Shown piece after piece: positions 50,414 to 58,497 of a stretch of 64,000 bases of DNA. Each line of letters starts with the position of its first letter. Position 1 is the first letter of the stretch. The stretch is from Flavobacteriales bacterium (GTDB taxonomy: Bacteria > Bacteroidota > Bacteroidia > NS11-12g > UBA955): assembly GCA_947457565.1 (NCBI GenBank), contig CANGWH010000004.1, forward strand, positions 149 to 64,148, read 5' to 3'. The position numbers were made by a program, and so were the translations under genes. Under the pieces are notes generated by a model. That model saw only the letters and a program-made list of their open reading frames with translations, had not been told where the DNA came from and ran no database searches.

Positions 50414-50449
50414 AATTAAAAAGGCAACTCGTAGGTCGCCTTTTTAATT
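50414..50449. terminator. Bidirectional intrinsic terminator between lysA and the convergent Sus cluster
   Basis: AATTAAAAAGGC...GCCTTTTTAATT inverted repeat with A/T tracts on both sides; a second hairpin AAATCAA...TTGATTT at 50474-50497. Confidence 0.75.
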
Positions 50450-50511
50450 CATCCTAAAACTATACGAAGGCAAAAATCAAACCGTGGAGGTTGATTTAAG
50501 CGTGCGTACGA

Positions 50512-51420
50512 TTATTCACAATTTGTATTTAACCAATATTCGTAAAATCCACCGAATTGAGCCGATAGATTAGGTCCATCCACCATATCGTTTTGGTTAA
50601 TAACTTTTTTCCGCACTATTCTTATTTGAAGTGATAGTATTTTCGCGTTAGTGGGGTTGTATGGGGCGAAAAATTTATTTGGGATAATACTAAAACGGAA
50701 CTTCCCATTGCCTAAATTTTTCATGGCTAATTGATCGAAATTTCCAGTAGTTTTCTCGTTAGTTGCTATAGTAATGAAACTATTAGCACCGGTTCTTGCT
50801 TTAATGAAAACATAAAAATCCTCTTTGTTTTTTAAAGAGTCTTTGTCTTCAATATTTCGATCATAAAGAATCGTGAATACGTCATTACCGCTGATACTTA
50901 AGGTGTCTTTGGTTTTGCGCGATGGAAAACAAGAAACCTTTTCAGGTCCACTTACGGGCGCTACCAAATCAATTTTCAAATCTTCCGTCTTACATTCACT
51001 GCCATTAGCACCGGCAGCGCCATCCTTGAATTTTACCAATAACGAAATATCTTTTGCATATAAATCTCCGGCAGATACTTCGTAAAATTGTGTAGGTACC
51101 ATTCGGTAATAATATACATCATCACCGAAATGAATTAATTTGAGCGCATCATTACTCTCATTCCATTTACCGTTATGCAGTGGATGTCCTAGAGGATGTT
51201 CTTTGGGCATCCAAGTCCACATATAAACAGGTTGAGTGGCTCCGAGCATATTCGCAGCACCTGCAAATTCGCACTTTTTTAAATCTACCCAAATTGTAAT
51301 AGAATCGTTGGGATTGATAGGGTCAGGAGTAGCCCATACTTTTTGGGCATTCGCTGTATTAATGAGCGTTGTTGTTATCAACAAACTAAATAAACCAGTA
51401 ACTAATTTTGTAATTTTCAT
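50512..51420 (-). CDS. Exported Sus-associated protein of unknown function (possible surface glycan-binding protein)
   Basis: Signal peptide ending in ANAQ. PDPINPNDSITIWVD and YMWTW...GKW aromatic motifs; two similar beta domains. Last gene of the SusC/SusD run. Confidence 0.6.
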   Translation of the reverse strand: MKITKLVTGLFSLLITTTLINTANAQKVWATPDPINPNDSITIWVDLKKCEFAGAANMLGATQPVYMWTWMPKEHPLGHPLHNGKWNESNDALKLIHFGDDVYYYRMVPTQFYEVSAGDLYAKDISLLVKFKDGAAGANGSECKTEDLKIDLVAPVSGPEKVSCFPSRKTKDTLSISGNDVFTILYDRNIEDKDSLKNKEDFYVFIKARTGANSFITIATNEKTTGNFDQLAMKNLGNGKFRFSIIPNKFFAPYNPTNAKILSLQIRIVRKKVINQNDMVDGPNLSAQFGGFYEYWLNTNCE

Positions 51421-51427
51421 GAGAGTA

Positions 51428-51937
51428 TTATTTGCGCATGAACCATAAATGATAACTAACCGTGCGTTTTCCGCCGCAGAATTTATTGAATTTTAAGATT
51501 AAATTAGGATCACGTGGCCTTACCGATTTTAATAAGGCTATGGTTGATTCTTCCGGTAATCCTTTTTCAAATATAATTGCGCTGGGATATTCTGGATTAT
51601 TGAATTCCCATTTGCCCGTTTGTTTAGGAAAGAGAAGACTGCCAGAACCCGCATTTAATGTAAAATCACCACCAGTAGTAAATTGTATTTCTAGTGGATT
51701 GCCATCGATATAAACCTCACTTACATCAAGCAGTGTATCACTCTCTACGAAGGCAATTTGTTTGTTAACGTCGATTTGATCAACTCTGTATAAGACCCAT
51801 GCTGTGTTTGTAAGACCTTCTGTCTGACTTTGAGCCGGCTCAAGTATTTTTTTCTCGGGTTTACAGCTTTGTAAGGCGGATACCATCGCCGCGCTCACAC
51901 AGAGTATGATTGATTTTGAGGTTTTCATTAGTTGCAT
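51428..51937 (-). CDS. Lipoprotein, DUF5004/lipocalin-like, Sus-associated
   Basis: Lipobox ALQSC, W.L..V.Q.D, GKWEFNNPEYP; the start is probably the second ATG (51928). Confidence 0.6.
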   Translation of the reverse strand: MQLMKTSKSIILCVSAAMVSALQSCKPEKKILEPAQSQTEGLTNTAWVLYRVDQIDVNKQIAFVESDTLLDVSEVYIDGNPLEIQFTTGGDFTLNAGSGSLLFPKQTGKWEFNNPEYPSAIIFEKGLPEESTIALLKSVRPRDPNLILKFNKFCGGKRTVSYHLWFMRK

Positions 51938-53304
51938 CCTCCTGTTGGATTAATTTCAAATATGGATGTTTGTTCAGTAATTGGAAATTGGAGCATAAAT
52001 CCTGGGCAATTCCATTCATGACCGCGGACAAACATCTGCTCGCCTTCAATTGCGCCTAAACGTTTAATTTCGTTGGTTCTGTCTCCTTGGAATAGTAGTT
52101 CAATTCTTCGTTGATAACGAGTTTCAGCAATAATATCAGTAGCCGAAGAACTTACAGCAAGTTTTCTGGTATCATTGGTATATGCACGATTGATAATCGC
52201 GTTTATATCATCAATCGCTTTAGTAAGATCATTACCAGTTTTAGCCAATGATTCTGCACGAATCAAATGCATTTGGGTTAAATGCAACAAAGGAACATCA
52301 AAAAATGGTGCATTAAACGCTTCTGTTTTGATAAATTCATTGGCGGCCCCAGCATTTACTTTTGTTAGTAGTTGCTGACGCAAATCACTCGTGTCGGCAA
52401 TAGTACTATAAAAGGCTTTATCCATCTGACAGGTTGGGTTTCCGGGGGAGTAATTATCACTGTAACCACCACTGCGCTTATCACTAGCGCTTGTGCTAAT
52501 AATTGCAAAAATATACTCAGTAGAAGCCTTGGGAGTGAATAAATTCACCGTATCCGACAACTGGTATTTTCCGCTTTCAATAACTTCGGTCGCAGATGCC
52601 GCTGCATTACCATATTGACCCATTTGGAAATAAACATGGGCCAACAATGCTTTCGCTGCATAGCGATTGGCATAATTGCCATTTTCGGCGGGTAACAGTT
52701 GCTGCGCATCGTTTAAATCAGACAAAATAGCATCGTATGCCTCTTTTACCGTTTTTCTCGCTTGCGATTTAGTGGAAGCGGTGGTAACAATGGCTATACC
52801 TGGATGAGAATTATCAGGAGTGTAACCAAAAGGATGAGCGTAAAGTCGTACAGCTTGAAAGTGGGAGAGGGCTCGTAAAAATTTAATCTCACCGGTAAAT
52901 CGGTTTTTCTCTTCCTCTGTTAAGGAGACTTTATCCATATTGTCTTGGACAAAATTGGCTCTAAATATAATCCGATATAAATTACCATAATGACCGCCCG
53001 AAGTAGAGTTAAAAAACAAGACGTTATGGGTGTAAACTTCCCGTAAATCATTGTTGTTGGGAAGGGACAAATTATCCGACATCATTTCGCTCATCATCTG
53101 AGAGAATCCGCCAAACGTATTCGCCATTTCGTTGTAACTACTATTAAGCAATCGCTGTAAATCGTCAGAAGTTTTAATTGCACTATCGGCTACTAATTCG
53201 TTGGGTGGCGGTGTTTCTATCCACTTATCGCATCCTGTAAAAGTTATGGTCGATATGGCTATTATACCCGAAAGGAAAACTGTTTTCATGGTTGAGTTTT
53301 TCAT
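51928..53304 (-). CDS. RagB/SusD family nutrient-uptake lipoprotein
   Basis: Lipobox ITFTGC, GEIKFLRAL.HF..VRLY, AKALLAHVYF, LIRAES, RRIELLFQGDR. Confidence 0.93.
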   Translation of the reverse strand: MKNSTMKTVFLSGIIAISTITFTGCDKWIETPPPNELVADSAIKTSDDLQRLLNSSYNEMANTFGGFSQMMSEMMSDNLSLPNNNDLREVYTHNVLFFNSTSGGHYGNLYRIIFRANFVQDNMDKVSLTEEEKNRFTGEIKFLRALSHFQAVRLYAHPFGYTPDNSHPGIAIVTTASTKSQARKTVKEAYDAILSDLNDAQQLLPAENGNYANRYAAKALLAHVYFQMGQYGNAAASATEVIESGKYQLSDTVNLFTPKASTEYIFAIISTSASDKRSGGYSDNYSPGNPTCQMDKAFYSTIADTSDLRQQLLTKVNAGAANEFIKTEAFNAPFFDVPLLHLTQMHLIRAESLAKTGNDLTKAIDDINAIINRAYTNDTRKLAVSSSATDIIAETRYQRRIELLFQGDRTNEIKRLGAIEGEQMFVRGHEWNCPGFMLQFPITEQTSIFEINPTGGCN

Positions 53305-53322
53305 CGTTTTTATGCGTTACAG

Positions 53323-56300
53323 TTAAAAACTTAGATTAAATTGAAGGCTTACACTCTTTTCCTGAGGTGTGGTTAGGTAGGTGATACTACCACTCATATT
53401 TCTGTCAGTAGCATTCTCAAAATCCCGAGCTATTTCTGGATCTATGCCGGTGTAGCGAGTCCATGTTAGTAAATTAGTTCCTACAAGCATAACTCGTGCA
53501 GCATCGAATTTACTTTGCTTTAACCACTTTGCAGGTAATTTATACGATAAGCTAATGGTTCTCAATCGGATATACGATCCGTCTTGCAACCACATATCTG
53601 TATTTATCCAGGGTGTGGTAGATCCATGGTTGAAGGTGTTCAATGTCATCAATGGATAAATGGCATTATTATCTTCAGGTCCATTCCAACGATCAATAAC
53701 TCGGCGATCCATATTCCAGTCTGTCATCAACGAAACCTGACGTTTCAATGAACTTTCGTAGATATTGCCTCCCCAGTTGAAATATACATTTGCGTTTAAC
53801 TCCCAACTTTTATAAGTGATGGTGTTGCCTAAATTACCAAATGCTTTTGGAAGTACATTCCCAACAGCCACTCGGTTTGCTGGATCCCATTTGGTGGTTT
53901 CTTTGCCGTTAATATCCAAGTAAATAGGAGCACCCGTAGCTTGGTCGATTCTCGAGAAACGTACTAAGAAGTTTGTACCTACCGGCTCATTTACAACTAC
54001 ACGTGTATCATTGGTACCTCCGGAAATGGCGTCTGGGGTATAAATCCCAATAGAAGTAATTCTATTTTCATTGCGGGCAATATTGAAGTTTGTAGTCCAA
54101 TTGAAATTTTTACTTCTAATATTTATGGTTTTCAATGAGAATTCAATCCCTTTGTTAGTTATCTCACCCACATTATCATAGAAATTGCTAAAACCCGTTG
54201 AAACAGGGATAGCCACATTCATGATTACATCGGAAGTGACCTTGTTGTAATAGGTAATTTCTCCAGAAATTCTGTTTTTTAGGATGCCAAATTCAATACC
54301 TGCATCAAAGTTTGTGGTTGATTCCCAGCGAAGATTTGGATTTTCTAGTCGGGCAGGGGCTAATGTTGGTTGGTTATTGTATCGAGGTAAATTACTAGAC
54401 GGGGTAATTGTGCCCCAACGTGCGTAATTATCAAAGTTTGCATTGCCCGATTTTCCCATACCAGCTCTCAGCTTTAAATAACTTATCCATTTTTGGGATT
54501 TGATAAACGATTCCTCGCTTAAGATGTAGCCAACAGCGGCAGCTGGAAAAAACCCATAGCGGTTATTTCTGCCGAAACGAGAACTACCATCCCATCTACT
54601 GGTCACTTGAAAGTTTAATTTGTTGTTAAAGCTGTAGTTAAATCGACCGAAATAACTGATAAATGCCCACTCGTATGGGGTTCTACCGAATTGAACAGCC
54701 GTAGCTTGCCTTGTACTATCAGTAATGAAAGCGGTTGGATCTATAGGGCTCTTGTCTATCGAAGCTGTAGCATCAAAATTTTCAACGTACTTACCTCGGC
54801 TAACACTGCTTTGGAATTCGTGTCCAATCATTGCACCAATAGTATGTTTATCCGATAGCTCTTTGTTATATTGTAAAGTAGTGTAATAGTTTGCATTCCG
54901 CGTCCAAGTAGGGAACCATTTAGCATTTCCTTGTTGAACATAGTTGTTGTTATAATATTTAATGAGTTGTGCAGGTTCGTACAAATGCTCATTATAATCC
55001 ATGTAATCATAGCTTCCGCTTGCGTTCCATACCAATCCTTTGGCTACATCCACACTCAAGGAAGCATTGTTAATGGTACGAATCTCAACGGACCTCCAGT
55101 TTTTTAGATCGCGGATGGTATGCAAACCAACTGGTGTTATGTATCCTTTTGATGCACTATCGTATAACGGTTCTAGAGGATAAATGGGCAACATCCAACT
55201 CATTGCGCTACCCAATCCACCTGACCAAGAAGCATCAACACGATTATTGGTACCTTGACTCAAAGAATGCGATAACTGAAGGTTTACGCCTTTCATAGGT
55301 TTGATATCCATGTTTACTCGCTCTGAAATACGTTTATAGCTATTGCCAATGATGAAACTACCGTTGTCGTCATAGGAGAGAATGCCTTTCAATGCAAAGC
55401 CTTTACCTACGTAATTTCCTGAAATATTATAGTTCTGTTTGAATCCTGTTCCGATTACTTGATCCACCCAATTGGTATTCACATTTTGGGCTTGATCCCA
55501 AGACATTCGCACTCCAACCAAGGAAAGGTCCGGTTTACCGGTTCTCCCATCATTTTGCCAAGCCTCTTGGTACAATTGTAACCACTCTGGTCCGGTTAGC
55601 ATGTCTGGTTTTCTAGTGGGATTGGAATTTCCCCAACGCGCACTTACATCAAACTTTAATCCTTTTTTACGTGCTCTTTTGGTTGTTATTAAAATTACCC
55701 CATTGGCACCGCGTGAACCATAAATACTAGTAGCGGCTGCATCCTTAAGGATCTCAATATTTTCGATGTCATCGGGGTTGATGCTGGCTAATGGGTTATT
55801 ATTAAATGCTCCGCCGAAATTAGAACCGTTTGCACGATTCATGAAATAATCTTGGGTAACTGGAATGCCGTCAATAACATACAGTGGGTCCCCTGCCGCA
55901 GAAATACTACTGGCGCCTCGTATTCTAATCAATGAAGCGCTACCCGCCATACCACTTCCTACAATAACCTGAACCCCACTTGCTTTTCCTTGCAAGGCTG
56001 CCTCGAAACTTGGTGCAGGCATGTCTGTAATGTCTTTTCCAGACACAGTAGATATTGACCCAACAACATTTCTTCGATTTTGTCTACCATATCCCACAAT
56101 TACGATATCATCCATCTGGGTAATCCCCGATTGAAGCGAAATATTAACAGTGGTGGTATTGTTCGCAGGAATTGAAACTTTGGTAAGTCCGTCTTCCATT
56201 TGATCTTTAGAGAAAATCACAGAATATTGTCCAACAGGAACTTCATCAAAACGATACCAACCTTCGATGTTAGTAGTAGTTTTGAAATTCGTTCCATAAA

Positions 56301-56502
56301 TTTCTACAGTTACCCCCGATAAAGGCTTCTTGGTTGAAGCATCGGTAACTAAACCGCGCACGTTGCCCGTAGGCGGCACAGGCGCAGGTTCTCCAACTTG
56401 TGCGGTGGCCAGATTTGCTAACATTATTGTTAAAGCAAATACAAGCACTCGCATCGTCTTACGGTATAAAAACAACATAGGCAATAATAATTTGGCTAGC
56501 AA
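53323..56502 (-). CDS. SusC/RagA family TonB-dependent transporter
   Basis: N-terminal carboxypeptidase-like domain, IVIVGYG, IRIRGASS, PLYVIDGIP, IEILKDAAATSIYGSRGANGVILITTK, DGSSRFG, NPNLRWE, terminal Phe. Confidence 0.96.
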   Translation of the reverse strand: MLAKLLLPMLFLYRKTMRVLVFALTIMLANLATAQVGEPAPVPPTGNVRGLVTDASTKKPLSGVTVEIYGTNFKTTTNIEGWYRFDEVPVGQYSVIFSKDQMEDGLTKVSIPANNTTTVNISLQSGITQMDDIVIVGYGRQNRRNVVGSISTVSGKDITDMPAPSFEAALQGKASGVQVIVGSGMAGSASLIRIRGASSISAAGDPLYVIDGIPVTQDYFMNRANGSNFGGAFNNNPLASINPDDIENIEILKDAAATSIYGSRGANGVILITTKRARKKGLKFDVSARWGNSNPTRKPDMLTGPEWLQLYQEAWQNDGRTGKPDLSLVGVRMSWDQAQNVNTNWVDQVIGTGFKQNYNISGNYVGKGFALKGILSYDDNGSFIIGNSYKRISERVNMDIKPMKGVNLQLSHSLSQGTNNRVDASWSGGLGSAMSWMLPIYPLEPLYDSASKGYITPVGLHTIRDLKNWRSVEIRTINNASLSVDVAKGLVWNASGSYDYMDYNEHLYEPAQLIKYYNNNYVQQGNAKWFPTWTRNANYYTTLQYNKELSDKHTIGAMIGHEFQSSVSRGKYVENFDATASIDKSPIDPTAFITDSTRQATAVQFGRTPYEWAFISYFGRFNYSFNNKLNFQVTSRWDGSSRFGRNNRYGFFPAAAVGYILSEESFIKSQKWISYLKLRAGMGKSGNANFDNYARWGTITPSSNLPRYNNQPTLAPARLENPNLRWESTTNFDAGIEFGILKNRISGEITYYNKVTSDVIMNVAIPVSTGFSNFYDNVGEITNKGIEFSLKTINIRSKNFNWTTNFNIARNENRITSIGIYTPDAISGGTNDTRVVVNEPVGTNFLVRFSRIDQATGAPIYLDINGKETTKWDPANRVAVGNVLPKAFGNLGNTITYKSWELNANVYFNWGGNIYESSLKRQVSLMTDWNMDRRVIDRWNGPEDNNAIYPLMTLNTFNHGSTTPWINTDMWLQDGSYIRLRTISLSYKLPAKWLKQSKFDAARVMLVGTNLLTWTRYTGIDPEIARDFENATDRNMSGSITYLTTPQEKSVSLQFNLSF

Positions 56503-56581
56503 TATAAAGAAAATTTAAACAAGTGTCAAAATAACAATAACTAAAAAGTGTTAAAATGACGTTTTAAGTGTTTAAACCTAT

Positions 56582-57835
56582 TTATTTTTTATAAAAACGA
56601 ATTACAGGACGAAATCCTACGTGGGATGAAGCTCCGTTTTTATGCATGAATTCTGCCGCAAGCGGTTCGGTGTAATAATAATCTTGGTTAAAGCTACCGC
56701 CTTTAATTAAATAATGATTTTGAAGTGCTGATTCGGTATGCAGGTAACTGGATAAATCGAAAACCGAAGGGTTTTGGTAAGCATTGGGAACCAAGGTCCC
56801 CGAGACATTGTAAACCCAGGTTTTATTATTGTATAAGTGGCCCAAAGCCGGAGAGCTGGTCCACTCGGCAACATTGCCTAAGAAGTGATGAATTCGGGGC
56901 CAGTTTTTACTGGGAAATCCACCTTGGTTGGTAGAATTGAGCATGCCGTAGCTGTCATCTATAAATTGAGAACTTCCATTAAAATGATAAACTTTTACCC
57001 CCCTAGCGGTGGTTAAACCGTAGGTGTTTATTATAAAATTTTGTTTACCCCCCAGCAAGGTTAATAAAGAATAATGGTTAATTGAACCAATGTTTGTACT
57101 TTTTGGAAACCGTTCTTTAATGGCCGTATAACTGGGTTTTTGAATACAAATATCATAAGTAGCACACCACTCAGCACTGGTGGGCAAGTCTCCCTCAATT
57201 GTATAAAGTGATTGAAAATCAAGGGGTAATCTGGCTGAGATTTTTTTTCCTAACCATTGACAATAAGCGCTTGCCTGAATGGCAGTTATACCTATCACGG
57301 GATAATCATCGAAGGCTGGATGTCTGAAATAATAATCTTTGTAGGCCTCATTGTACATTTTACTATTTAGCCATACTTGTGTATCGGGTAATAAAGCTTC
57401 ATAGGGGATGTTGAGCGCTCTAAATTCTATGCTACCGCTATCGGATAGAAATTGCCGATAATCTTTATTGCTTACTTCCCGTCTATGAATATAAAATGGC
57501 CGTGTTTGAATAGATTCTGTGATGTCCATTATGGTATCGAATCCCTTATACTGACTAAAGACTGGGAAGGTGGAAGTGAGAATAAATTGTGAATCCATGG
57601 GGTTGGATTCGTAGTTAGTGCTGGTGTAGATATTGGGATTGGATACAGGAAAAAAATCGGCGAGAAGGCTCTGATTTCTCACCGATTTAGGTGCTAGAAT
57701 ACTATTTTTTAAGTATTCCGAATGTTTTATGTAGTATTTTACCCTGAATTCTTGGTGTGGTAATACTTGGGATAACAAGGAAATCCAATTTCCAATAAGA
57801 ATCCCCCAAAAAACGACTGTTTTGCTAATGCTCAC
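56582..57835 (-). CDS. FGE-sulfatase (SUMF1) domain protein, GldJ/GldK-like
   Basis: FYIHRREVSNKDYRQF, LPDTQVW, YFRHPAFDDYPVIGI, AYCQW, LPTSAEW, GNVAEW, KGGSF, GFRPV. Confidence 0.8.
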   Translation of the reverse strand: MSISKTVVFWGILIGNWISLLSQVLPHQEFRVKYYIKHSEYLKNSILAPKSVRNQSLLADFFPVSNPNIYTSTNYESNPMDSQFILTSTFPVFSQYKGFDTIMDITESIQTRPFYIHRREVSNKDYRQFLSDSGSIEFRALNIPYEALLPDTQVWLNSKMYNEAYKDYYFRHPAFDDYPVIGITAIQASAYCQWLGKKISARLPLDFQSLYTIEGDLPTSAEWCATYDICIQKPSYTAIKERFPKSTNIGSINHYSLLTLLGGKQNFIINTYGLTTARGVKVYHFNGSSQFIDDSYGMLNSTNQGGFPSKNWPRIHHFLGNVAEWTSSPALGHLYNNKTWVYNVSGTLVPNAYQNPSVFDLSSYLHTESALQNHYLIKGGSFNQDYYYTEPLAAEFMHKNGASSHVGFRPVIRFYKK

Positions 57836-57839
57836 AATA

Positions 57840-57847
57840 CAAATTTA
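57840..57847 (-). promoter_or_regulatory. -7 promoter element (TAAATTTG) for the FGE-domain gene
   Basis: The + strand caaattta reads TAAATTTG on the minus strand, 4 nt before GTG 57835. Confidence 0.45.
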
Positions 57848-57880
57848 AGGGTAATTGGGTTATGAAGACTTTTCGGTCTA

Positions 57881-58351
57881 TTAATCTTGTAATTGCTGTA
57901 AAGTAGTTTTTACCGCATTCAAATTAGGTAATTCTCCTGCATTTTCTAATACTTCGGCATATTGAACTACGCCGTTTCTATCGATAACAAATGCTGCACG
58001 TTTGCTTACTCCTTTCATTCCAAACGCAAAGTTTTCATAAATGCTTCCGTAAGCTTCACTAACTTCTTTGTTGAAATCACTTAACAGATTAAAATTGAAA
58101 TTCTGTTGCTGTTTCCAGTTATCAAGAGTGAATACAGAATCAACGGAAATGGCTAAAATTTCAGCATTTAACGATTCATATACCTTCAAATTATCGCGAG
58201 TGTCACACAATTCGGTGGTGCAAACACTTGTGAAAGCTTGGGGATAGAATAAAATAACTACGTTTTTTCCGTTAAAAGAGCTCAGTTCAATTTCTTGTTT
58301 CTCTGAATTGAAAAGTTTAAAATTAGGGGCGGTTTGTCCAACAGTTATCAT
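57881..58351 (-). CDS. Peroxiredoxin (AhpC/TSA family, AhpE/Bcp-like)
   Basis: GQTAPNFKL, FYPQAFTSVCTTELC (PxxxTxxC), ISVDS, LLSDFN, RAAFVID. Confidence 0.92.
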   Translation of the reverse strand: MITVGQTAPNFKLFNSEKQEIELSSFNGKNVVILFYPQAFTSVCTTELCDTRDNLKVYESLNAEILAISVDSVFTLDNWKQQQNFNFNLLSDFNKEVSEAYGSIYENFAFGMKGVSKRAAFVIDRNGVVQYAEVLENAGELPNLNAVKTTLQQLQD

Positions 58352-58497
58352 AATATAATAATATACAATTTAATTCTTTTTATGTTTGAGTTGTAGGTCG
58401 ATTTTAGATTAATTTCACTTAGACATATTGGTGTATCGGGGAACAATATTCTCAGTAGTAATTATTGGTTCCGTTTTTTGTTGTTTAAATAATTGGA

